A DNA stretch of 63,801 nt, filler included, from Octopus bimaculoides (taxonomy: Eukaryota): assembly GCF_001194135.2 (NCBI RefSeq). It is 9 parts of 8 records of this genome, joined end to end, with 100 filler letters (N's around TTAATTAATTAA, not from the genome) between each part and the next. Parts side by side here need not be neighbours in the genome. Positions count along the whole stretch, not along the records: positions 41,928 to 59,288 come from NC_068985.1; positions 59,389 to 60,651 come from NW_026385864.1; positions 60,752 to 62,105 come from NC_068995.1; positions 62,206 to 63,801 come from NC_068982.1; 5 more parts are not named here. One strand, 5' to 3'. Positions 52,804 to 63,801 of this stretch are shown one piece after another. The translations under genes and the position numbers were made by a program. Within the stretch, counting starts at the first letter, position 1. The number at the start of each line of letters is the position of its first letter. The notes under the pieces are model-generated. The model was not told the DNA's origin, made no database searches, and saw only the letters and a list, made by a program, of their open reading frames with translations.

Positions 52804-52834
<31 letters not shown>

Positions 52835-52879
52835 CACACACATACGCACACACACTCACACATACATACACACGATAGG

Positions 52880-53020
52880 TTTTATTTCATTTTCCGTCTT
52901 CAAAAACCCACTAAGAGAGCTTTGTTCGGCCTGAGGGTAAAGTAGAAAACATTTGCCCAAGGTGTCACGCAGAGGGACTGAACACAGAACCACGTGGTTA
53001 CCACACCGCTACACCTGCGC
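52880..53020 (-). mobile_element. SINE family B head
   Basis: TTTGCCCAAGGTGTCACGCAGAGGGACTGAAC...TACACCTGCGC. Confidence 0.8.
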
Positions 53021-55009
53021 GTAATGGTATATTTTTTCACTACGTATTAATTGCTTGCATATTAAGGACTCTGTTTCCTGTGTCGATTCTCTGTTAACAA
53101 AAATTAGAAACCATTGTGAAGGATCTTTACAAATAGATACAAACACTCTAAAGAATGAATTCATTATGCCAATCCAGATCGCAACAGGTACAAGATGGTC
53201 CTTGTAAAGATTCCTTAAAGTCGCAACTCATTATCTGTGGAGAAGAAAGCATCATTAACTATTGTCCGTTTGCTAAAATATGTTTTGGTAAAACCCACTT
53301 CATATCAAATGGCGTGCTCTCGTATTAAATAAAGAAGCACTATAGTGGCAAGCAGACAAAGGAAGAATTGTTCTGTTTTGGAATATATTCGTCACAGACG
53401 TTGTCGATCAACCTGGACAGATCTATGGATACAACAACTATTGTAAAACCTACATAGAATTATTGTTTCTATTGCTCTAGGACCGAATTCTATTTCTGTA
53501 GTTATTGTATGTATGACATGGTTAAATAATACTTATCTACTTCTTGTAAAGTATGATGTCGTCTTACAAGACACATCTAGTAACAATGGTTTGGCCGTTT
53601 TCACGGAGATTTCTTTTCCTCTGCCTGTTTCTTTACCATATATTTCTTTCTAGATGATTGATATCTATCGCTTTCTATTATTTAAACTTAATAACCCGGG
53701 AATCTATCACCTACAGCCTTTGCCAAAATCAACAATTTCTTTATATTCATATTCCCTGCATCTTTTCTCTGACACCAATCTTATCAGCTTTCCTTCCTAG
53801 TATGAATTGATTACTATCAATAAATCTTACAATATGCAGGAATCTTGACCTTTCAGCACAAAACAAACAGCTATGTCAAATACCGTCAACGATTACTCTA
53901 AAAAGTATTTGATTTCTAAAACAGGCTTATTTATCACCGTTGAAAATCAAGTCTCTTAGAGTAAACGTGACCCAAAGAACACCATGAAATCGATATTCGC
54001 TTGGCACTTTGTATTATTGCTACCTGATCACAGGTCTCTATAACTCTTATAGGAGAAAAAGAAATTGAAGATAACTTAGTAGCCTTTAGCGACATTAATA
54101 ATATTTCAGTAGATTTACTATACTGCGTATTTTTATTGCACATCAGAGCAGAAATGTGTGATTCTTTGGCACTTAGAGTATTTTATTCTGGTTTTTGCTA
54201 CTTTTCTGATGCATTTCAAATACGTTATGCAATGTAGTTACGGTGCCTTGCAGTGTTACTTTATATGTACGACTTCACGGGAGAATTGTAACGTTATAAC
54301 GGCTTGCTTTGCTTTTTTTTCATTTCCAAAGTGCTGACAGTTATGAGATTATTTTTGTTTTCAATGCACACATTCTTGATGGAAGGCTTTCTAAAAACTA
54401 ATACACGCATATGTATGTCTGTGTACATAGCCAGCAACGCACACACACACGCACACACATATACACACATACACACAGCCTTTCATTGAAATTGATACTT
54501 CTCATAGAAGTCATATATTTTGTCATTGGTTTGTGGCTATAAATAAGAGTGTTTTCCTTTCATCTCAACCCACGGGAACCAGCAGGTTACAGCGTATGAA
54601 CACTTTGTCATCTCTTTTGCTCTTAAGTATTTGAACAACCTTTTCTATTTTCTCTACGAATTGTATAATGCTGGAATACTATACAATATATGAATGCTCC
54701 AACATTCTGTCTCACATGGGTGGGGCACTAAGAAAGAAGCAATATAATAGGTACTCATTTGCAGTGTCCATATATTTTGCAGCTCACCGTGTTTCAAATT
54801 TACTTTCTATAGATACTTTTGGTTGTTACTTCACAGAGTGAAGGCTTTTTCCCCGTCTAATACTCACTTAAGACTTTCTTTGTCACACTCAGATGTATTC
54901 CATCTTGTCATAGCATTGGTAATGCCTTGTCGTCATAATATCATGATATTTTGCGATGCCACTTTCGCTTTTAAGCGTAGGTTGTAATTTTTAAAACTTA
55001 TTTCTTTTA

Positions 55010-55275
55010 TCCAATTCCCGGACCGGGCTGTGTGTTGTGTCTCTTGAGCAAGACACTTTATTTCACGTTGCTCCAGGTCACTGATGTGTAGAAATGAGTA
55101 GCGACGTCACTGGTGCCAAGCCTTTCCCTTGGATAACATCAATGGCGTGGAGAGGGGAAACTGGTATTCCTGGACGACTGGTGGTCTTCCATGAACAACC
55201 TTGCCCAAACTTATGCCTCGGAGGGGAAATTTCTTGGTGTAATCCCATGGTCTTTCATGACCGGAAGGGGTTTTT
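55010..55275 (+). mobile_element. SINE, third family (C)
   Basis: B-box-like CAATTCCCGGACCGGG and TTGAGCAAGACACTTTATTTCACGTTGCTCCAG; related decayed pieces lie at about 43560-43680 (minus) and about 50670-50815. Confidence 0.7.
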
Positions 55276-55419
55276 ACTCATTTTCTTTTATTCACAAATT
55301 ATCACAAAGTTTGTATAATACTTGATGCCTTCCTTGAAATAAAGAATGGCATGTTTTTCCTCGTGTGTTATAGTTCTCTGTATAACCAGTGGACACTGAC
55401 GCAAAATCTATCTAATAAT

Positions 55420-55608
55420 CGTTTTTACTATAGGCAAAATGTCTGAAATTTTGAGGGAACGGACTAGTCGATTACATCGGCCTCCGTGCTTGACTGCTGT
55501 TTCATTTTATCGACCTCGTGATGATGAAACTGAAAGTCAGCCTCGGCAGAATGTGCCGCTAAGCATTTTGTTCATGGTGCTGACGATTCCTGTAGCATGC
55601 CACCTTAA
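55420..55608 (-). mobile_element. SINE family A, diverged
   Basis: GGACTAGTCGATTACATCG...TTATCGACCTC...GCTAAGCATTTTG...GCCACCTTAA. Confidence 0.8.
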
Positions 55609-57069
55609 ATCTATCTAATAATGGCAACCTAGCTGTTGCATCAACATTTACAAAGCTGTAATGTGTACGTTAAACGTTTTATTGCCAACATAATTACGAC
55701 GAACACAAGACACTGGGAGCATATTTTATCGTGTAGGAGTCAGTTTTCTCCCTATGATTACGCTATTTTTTTAAAGACTGAACATTATTTATATTATATC
55801 GGAAGTCAACATTCCGGAGCATTTCTATACTTGTATCTATTGATAATATTTTCACCAGGCTCTCGGTAAATCATTTATAGATAGACATGTAATATATCAT
55901 TGAGTCGCAGTGTAAATTGAAATCTGCCGGAGACACAGAAAGTAAAAGAAATAACGAGTCTTTTCTGTAGTGTTTGTTCTGCGTCTGTATTAGGATAAGC
56001 AGAAAGTATTATTTGGGGAAATTTGTATTGTGATATGCTGTATCGCTCAAGTATAGTGCTCGCTTTATTGAATTTATTACACTAATATTTTTCGCATTTC
56101 TGCGTATGTTTTTTTGATATATTTTTATTTGCACCTATTGTTTACTTGAGTTTCTATGTTCGAGGGTGAGAAATCTTGCGGAATTAACCATATTCCATTG
56201 TAAGTGCTTCTCTAGCTACATAGATTATTTAATTTATTCTTATGATATTGACATCTGCCTCTCTTATCAATAGGTCCGATATGGTTACGTCTTCGTATTC
56301 TTTATCGTTATTGATGTTTCATTGTTATGTTCCAGCACTGAGAGGCTCATTTGTTCTCCTATACGAAGATCAGCTATACATTTTTTATTGTTTCATTCTT
56401 AGAATATGGCAGTATCCAATATTTATACTTTTATAGTTCCTAATCCTAAAACCTATGATATATTCAAAAGTGTTCACAATGTCGTTTCTAAAGTTCTTGT
56501 TTGGATTTCGCTATTCAATATCACATAATAAAGTATTCTAAGGTTTGCGTATCACATTTAGATTGTATACTTGTGTAATGTCCGACTTCATAAACTAGGT
56601 TTTCATTATGTACGATTTTAAAATCTGTTGAATTTGTTTGTAACACCGACACTTTAGTGTATGTTGTTTGTATTTTTAAGAAGTGTTCTTCATTCTAAGC
56701 GTTATAATTATTCTTTGTGCATTCCATATCAATGTTTGACGCTCGTCTGACACGATGAAATTATCTAGTCTACAGGGATTCAAAAGTATACGTAATATAT
56801 TTACTCGCAACACTAACAGTTAGTGGCGCGTTATATTAGTTTTTCCATTGACCGAGGATAACTTTCTGATTTCTTCCTTCAGAGTTTCATATCGCGTCAG
56901 TTTTACTCCATTCCTGTAATGTAGATTTCTTGTTGCGGAGTAGATGTAAAAAGGCTTATGAATATGCTAAGAATATCACTAAGGAAACACATTCTGAATG
57001 AGATAATTCGAGAATGGAGCGGAATGAAACGATGTGATCGCAGAGTAACGAATACATAAGTCCCACTGA

Positions 57070-57275
57070 GCGGGACAAGTTACAAGGTTCACTGACAGCG
57101 GTTAGACCCGTGCAGTTGCTGAGAGGTATCTAAGAGATCGGAAAAGGCCATTTGGAAGCCCTCCACAACGATGGAAAGACGATTTGATCACGCAATTTGG
57201 TTCAAGATGGGAAAGGATGGCACAGTCAAAGAAAACATGGAAGCGCATTGTAACCGGCGCTTTGTAACAGTATCT
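57070..57275 (+). mobile_element. RTE-type LINE C-terminal fragment
   Basis: AGQVTRFTDSG*TRAVAERYLRDRKRPFGSPPQRWKDD resembles the RTE motif WAGHVAR.TD.RWT..V.EW.PR..KRP.GRPP.RW.D. Confidence 0.8.
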
Positions 57276-57292
57276 AATGCCTGGATGATACT

Positions 57293-57341
<49 letters not shown>

Positions 57342-57491
57342 GGAAAGTGAGAAGAAAAATAAGCGAAAATGCACATGGTAAATTAAAAAAAGTAAAGGCT
57401 TTTTATGAAAAGTAACGATAGAGATACACAATTAGATGAACTGAGGTAGAAATAAATGTAATAAAAGTCATTATTGTGAGTTGTTAAATAG

Positions 57492-57539
57492 ATTCAAAAG
57501 CATACCGGTTTCGTAATATTACTAATCATTGCTTTGAAT
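57492..57539 (-). ncRNA. Minimal type I hammerhead-ribozyme fold with an A3/U8 variant core
   Basis: Minus strand: ATTCAAAGCA ATGATTA GTA-atat-TAC GAAA CCGG TA TGCTTTTGAAT. Stem I has 10 bp with one bulge, stem II is closed by G-C, stem III is the palindrome ACCGGT and the cleavage triplet is GUA. It is attached to a PLE endonuclease fragment. Confidence 0.7.
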
Positions 57540-57565
57540 ACACACCGAATACTGAACAGTGTCAG

Positions 57566-58048
57566 TTCTACTTGCTTAGAGTGTGGTAATAATTATATTG
57601 GCCAAACAGGAAATTCACTCCGTAGCAGAACCACTCTCCACAAAGAACAAATCCGCCACCCACGATACAGACAGATACAGGTCAGTAGACACATAGAAAG
57701 GTGTGCGAGGAATCTTAATCCTAATTTCCTAATTTTTCCCTTCTATCAATGTTCACAGAACACCTCAATACAACCAAGAATGAATAAAGAGGCAACTTTC
57801 ATAAATAAATATCTTCCACAACTAAATATGAACACATAATATAATATAGAACACTACTATACTTTCATTTAATACCACTAACCCCCATACATCCCATACA
57901 CCATTCACATTACAGATCTAGATCTACCCTAATTGCACCAAATTCAGAACTGCTTACCTCCCTTACACATAATCTTTTTACTCAGGGACTAGTAGATCTG
58001 ACACCATTCAGTATTCGTTGTGCATTCAAAGCAATGATTAGTAATATT
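57566..58048 (+). mobile_element. Penelope-like element: GIY-YIG C-terminus plus 3' region
   Basis: TCLECGNNYIGQTGNSLRSRTTLHKEQIR...VSRHIERC...FLIFPFYQC...KEATFINKYLPQLN* (stop at 57837-57839), homologous to 39664-39927. Confidence 0.9.
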
Positions 58049-58892
58049 CATTAATCATTGGTAAATATAGGATTTCTCTTAATCTAAAAACCTATGTACA
58101 GAAAGAACAAAATGTATTATTTGCTGTTTAAAAGACCGATATTGATTCCAACGAAGGAAGATGTTGATTTTAAAGGAATGTAGACAGAGTTAGCTTCACG
58201 GAATATGTTTAGTGAAGAAACTTTTACCAAAATGGCACGTGATTATTTTTGTGAGGAATATTCTTATTGGCATATATTATTGACGTATTTCATAAGTTCC
58301 AGTGAACGTCCGCTAAATAGAGTTGATTAGAGTATTCATATCTTCTTGCTGCAAACAAACATCATAATTAAGAAATAGTCGACTGTTATCATTGATAGTT
58401 TTAAAGATAGTTTGTTAGAACTTGTCAAACCACATGCTTATTTATGTCCATTAGTATATCACAAGTATACATTTATTCAGAAAACACATGGACTTGTTAG
58501 TGTAAGCCATTAAAGTCTATTTAATCGGTAAAGAGCTTATGATGCTAGACTAAAGCAGTTATGTTTTACCATAGTCTAAACCTGATCAGGTTAACCTACG
58601 AGCGTAGATATTCTAGACAAGGGCCTCGCATTTTTTTCTCAAACAATGTAGCCATTTCATGTTATTCAATGTATGTTTTTCATAAACATTAATGTGGTAC
58701 TTGTTATAGATTTGGCTACCAATTACATCATATCGAATACATAACAATCCTTTGTTGGTTCGTCATCTGAAGGTCTCAGGAGAATCTCCAGATGATTTCT
58801 CTGTAAAATGTAAATTAATGCACAAATAACATTCATAGAGGACTGCCATTGCATAAAGTTAAAGGTTGAATATGGCGAAGAGTAAAAATATA

Positions 58893-58972
58893 TTCTTTTC
58901 TACTCTAGGCACAACGCCCGAAATTTCTGGGGAGGAGGCCAGTCGATTAGATCGACCATAGTATGCAACTGA
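58893..58972 (-). mobile_element. SINE family A 3' fragment
   Basis: CTTTTCTACTCTAGGCACAACGCCCGAAATT...GCCAGTCGATTAGATCGACC. Confidence 0.8.
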
Positions 58973-59443
58973 AGATTTTAGAGTTTTGCAATCCATACTT
59001 TTGCCAATCGAAGTTTTACTTTGAACATATTGGAATAATAAAAAAAGATAATGACTTGTGATTGGCCACAATCTGTGGACTTTACTCGTTCAACCATTGT
59101 CAATGGAAAAAAAGACCAAACTTTAATTCGAATATTCTATGCATATGTAGCTGCCAAAACTAAAACATAAAATTTATAGTTACATAAAACCACTCCATGT
59201 TATTTTATAAGTCTTATGGATGCTTTGTTCTTATTTATGTTCGTACTGATATGATATCGCCTGTTCTGACTTTGTTGTTTTTCCTACCNNNNNNNNNNNN
59301 NNNNNNNNNNNNNNNNNNNNNNNNNNNNNNNNTTAATTAATTAANNNNNNNNNNNNNNNNNNNNNNNNNNNNNNNNNNNNNNNNNNNNACACACACATTC
59401 TCTCTCTCTCTCACACACACTCTCTCACACACACACACACACA

Positions 59444-59474
<31 letters not shown>

Positions 59475-59689
59475 TCTCTCTCTCTCACACACACATCATG
59501 TGGGATAATGCGTAGAAAGCCAATGAGAAAATTTTACAGTTCAACGGGAGTTTCCAAAAACTTTAAGTAAAATGTTAACAGCAACGTGTTACGCAAAATG
59601 TCATCCTCTTCCTCTCCTGTGCGTTCTCTCGTTTCTTTGAAACCTGCTCCTTCTGTTTTCATATTCACTTGTTTACTCTTAAGGTTTCA

Positions 59690-60480
59690 AATGAAACTAA
59701 TGAAGACGATCTAGATGGACAGATGACAGTAAGTATAGCTCAATGACGAGGAGAAGATTTTAGAAATGTTGCGAGGTAAAGTGTCTGATGGTTACAATGA
59801 AGTACCGCCAAATGTAAGATATATGAACAGAAAACAAGTGAGGAAATTCACAGGCAAAGTAAATGGCGTTTTAAGCTTGATTAAAACAGAAAACATCAAT
59901 GAAACGAATCAGCTAATCACAGCTGCTGCTAATGTTGTAGCTAACATGGCAAAAAAACGGGACATATAAACAAAGCAAAAAACGGGAGATATAAAGGCAA
60001 ATGAAAAGAAAGAACCAAACTGGAAGAAGAAAATACGAATGAAGTTGGAGAAGACATGGAAGGAACTGGGGCAATTGAGTAGGATAATGAGAGGTGAGCT
60101 CAAGAATAAGGAAGTAATCAGAAAATTGAATGGACAGTACGTGTTAGAAAAAAAGGGGAAATCAAACGGTACGTGAAGAATTGACACAAAAAGTGACAGC
60201 ATTAAAGGCCAAATTTTAACCTTTTAATAGTAGTAGAAGAATGTGCACAGATGGAAGGAAAAAGTCTAGTAGAGTATTTACAGAGCAGCACAGAAAATTT
60301 ACTAAAGACACTTAATAAAGAACAGTTGATGAAGCGCGTAATAGAAAAGGACAAGAACGAAATACAAACAGAGCACGTCAGACAGATCCAAGAGAAACCT
60401 CTACATGGCAAATTTTGAAGAACTGGTCTTTGGTTCCTGATCTTTAAGGTCAAGCCACTGACCACGTAGACGCACGGGAA
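59690..60480 (+). mobile_element. R4/Dong-like element relic with the RT domain deleted
   Basis: N-terminal region KTENINETNQLITAAANVVA...KEPNWKKKIR...EELTQKVTALKAK is joined to the post-RT region VEECAQMEGKSLVEYLQSSTENLL...QEKPLHGKF. Confidence 0.75.
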
Positions 60481-60608
60481 AGTGACGTTTTTTACATTTC
60501 GAGCCTATGCTCTTCAACAGAAACGAATAAGAGAAAATAAACAGAGATAATAAAGACTTGTGGATTTAGCAGCCAATCATGGTGACATACATACACATGT
60601 GTAGATAT

Positions 60609-60651
<43 letters not shown>

Positions 60652-61473
60652 NNNNNNNNNNNNNNNNNNNNNNNNNNNNNNNNNNNNNNNNNNNNTTAAT
60701 TAATTAANNNNNNNNNNNNNNNNNNNNNNNNNNNNNNNNNNNNNNNNNNNNCGTGGATACTTTTCATTGGGCATGCTTCCAAGTTTCTAGTGAAAATATA
60801 TGCATAAAATTATGTATACACATTTCACTTTCATCAACAGATGACTGAATGACCAGCATAAAAAAAAGCATTATTGCTCTTCATGCTTTATACACATCTC
60901 TACTATTTCCAAAATCGCTGAAACCTACCGAGGACAGCCGAAAACTGAAATAAGTCGGAAAATTCAAATCATACCTTTCTTACGATACGAAAAAAAAAGC
61001 ATTATTTCCAAGATAACGTGTAATGAAGTCGAACCAGGAACCATGGGGTTTCAAAGATAACTTCTTAACCATTCAGTCAAGTAGTGATATATATGGCTGA
61101 TATAAAGAGCGAGAACGCCCCTACATATTCCAGTTGTTTAGTCATGGCGGAATGTGGGAGGGACAAGACACGTAGTTAGCATTAACATTCCCGAAACCCT
61201 TTTTAAACGGGAGATAGTTTTGATTAATTTATTCTAGGCACGCTGTACTGTGGTAAATGAAATGTGAAGTTCAATGGGATTGAGAAAAGAAAGCTCTGCA
61301 AACGACTATACATAAATGCATACACAAACACACACACACACATATATATACACGCATAAAGGTACATATATAGACACATACATACATATATTGTATATTG
61401 ATACGTATGTGTGTGTTTCCACGAACTCACAACACACGCATGCACACACACGCACATATACAAAAGGAGATAC

Positions 61474-61519
<46 letters not shown>

Positions 61520-62074
61520 TTATTAATATTTCTATATATATATATATAATATATGCATGTATGTATATATATATATATATATATGTATGTATATATATAT
61601 ATACATATATATATATTTAATATATATATATGTATGTAGCGTATGGTATAATTACACACACACACATATATATATATATATATGCTCATATATATACAGG
61701 TCAGCGTGTATATATATGTATATATATATATATATATATGTANNNNNNNNNNAAACTAGTCGTAGTTAATCATATACGCGTTTCTGGTTTAGAAGTGCAA
61801 ATACTTCATTACCTCATCAATATGATATTCCAGTTGCAAATTCGACGATGTTAGCAGTTGTGCATGCATGATCGAGCGACATCATCCATCGGCACAGCTT
61901 GAAAACATATCCGAATCCGCATAGGCCAGCCAGCTCATCATCCCTCCACAAGAATTACCATGTGCGTCACAAGCAATACTTTTTTTAGTTACAAGTAATG
62001 CTATCTGTTGGAGTTTCGGCACTTTAGCTGCTATTTCTGAACTTCGGTATGTGGTGAAGCAACTGTTGCTGACC

Positions 62075-62105
<31 letters not shown>

Positions 62106-62205
62106 NNNNNNNNNNNNNNNNNNNNNNNNNNNNNNNNNNNNNNNNNNNNTTAATTAATTAANNNNNNNNNNNNNNNNNNNNNNNNNNNNNNNNNNNNNNN
62201 NNNNN

Positions 62206-62425
62206 TGCATGCTGATAGCATAAGGCTTGAAACTTTTCAGCATTAAACTGCATGTTATTCTTTTCAGCCCACTTGTATATTTCATCCAGCTCACATTGCA
62301 GGTGCATAGTGTCTTCAGGGTTCTGTATTACCTGTGAGACTTTTGTGTCATCTGCATAAATTGTGACCGTGGCTCTCTGTGTGGCTGAGGGCATGTCTGA
62401 GAGGGCCATTATGAACAGTAGTGGT
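62206..62425 (-). mobile_element. CR1/L2-like RT catalytic fragment
   Basis: PLLFIMALSDMP...VTIYADDTKVSQVI...LQCELDEIYKWAEKNNMQFNAEKFQAL (YADD motif). Confidence 0.88.
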
Positions 62426-62449
62426 CATATATATATATATATATAAAAT

Positions 62450-62662
62450 TTAAACAAGGAGACCATGCAGAAGAGCTGCAGGAGATTCCGAAGTCGTCTG
62501 GAGGTCGTAGTTGAAGCCAATGGCGATTTTATTGAATAAATTTACTCTTTAGTATTTCAAGATATTATTTTGTAATTTTGGTAAATATATCAGTTAAAAT
62601 AAGATGTCAGTGTTATTTTCATTTTTGCATAATTTAGACGATAATATATTCATCACACCCTG
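62450..62662 (+). mobile_element. Tc1/mariner (maT-like) 3' end with TIR
   Basis: LNKETMQKSCRRFRSRLEVVVEANGDFIE* followed by a 3' end ...CATCACACCCTG|TA. Confidence 0.85.
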
Positions 62663-62673
62663 TATACACATAC

Positions 62674-62766
<93 letters not shown>

Positions 62767-62781
62767 GATAGATAGATATGA

Positions 62782-62833
<52 letters not shown>

Positions 62834-63504
62834 GCTTGTCTGTGTGTATGTGGAGGAGAAAGAAAAGTGGAGATAAATAAAAGTGATAGAGCGGTGACGT
62901 GAGAGGGTGAAAGAGTTATTAGAATGTTTGGAAAGGGAGATGTGTAGGTTTATATCAGCATCCTATTGTAACTGTAATTGTAATCTGCATACAGATATTT
63001 ACACACACACACGGTTCTTCATTCAGCCCTATGTCACACGCTCACACGCAATACTTTCCTTTCACGTTACAAAGTTATAAGACACACACACACACACACA
63101 CACACTCACTTAACGCTTTGTAAGTACTTAAACACATGTAACACAAATGTATGAAAAGAAAACGCAACATAGCTGAAGTGCATTGGGACGAAGGCATTTT
63201 CAGCTTCAGGGAAATAGAGAAAGGATTTTCTGTCAACTGGTATTGAGGTTAAAGTGGGGGGAAGAGGTGGTAGGAGATAACAATGGGACTGGGGTTTAAA
63301 TCTTTATTCATTGACATGCCTAGCCAACCCCGGGCCCTAAACCGCCACCCCTCGACCACTAACACAATCACGAAACAAAAAGAAAGAATGGGAAAACAGG
63401 ATCAGCATACAAACAAACACAAAAAAAAAACGAAAGAAAACCAAAAAAAGAAAAAAAAAACGACGAACACCACACAAAACAATGAAACCATTGCCATTAG
63501 CAGC

Positions 63505-63538
<34 letters not shown>

Positions 63539-63758
63539 GCAGAAGTAGAAGAAGAAGAAGAAGAAGAAGAAATGGTAGGGAAAGGGAAAAACAACAATAT
63601 TTAGAAAAATATATAAAAAGGGATCAGAAAAGCAGTGAAAAGAAGAACACAACAATATTACAGTACAACAATATATATATATATAAATACATACATACAT
63701 ACACATACAAACATATGCATACACACTCACGCATATATATATATATATGAATACATAC

Positions 63759-63801
<43 letters not shown>

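Overview
AT-rich, microsatellite-dense eukaryotic genomic DNA with many N gaps. The tRNA-head SINE families and the LINE complement point to an octopus (coleoid cephalopod) draft scaffold; this is inference from repeat recognition, not a database search. No complete protein-coding gene, rRNA, true tRNA or CRISPR array can be supported, and almost every ORF in the track is a translated microsatellite or gap. What can be read is mostly decayed mobile DNA: R4/Dong-type, RTE, CR1-like and L1/Tx1-like LINE fragments, two Penelope-like (PLE) GIY-YIG fragments, Tc1/mariner and hAT DNA transposons, a MITE-like element, and about 15 SINE copies. A few GC-rich islands could be exons of an unidentified host gene. 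Three observations stand out. (1) A complete minimal hammerhead-ribozyme fold at a PLE insertion (57492-57539, minus) has the normally invariant C3-G8 core pair replaced by a complementary A3-U8 pair; two further hammerhead relics occur elsewhere. (2) A 234-bp, 98%-identical inverted duplication brackets a GC-rich open reading frame of unknown identity (25832-27697). (3) An RTE LINE 3' end carries three tandem C2H2 zinc fingers (41014-41301).
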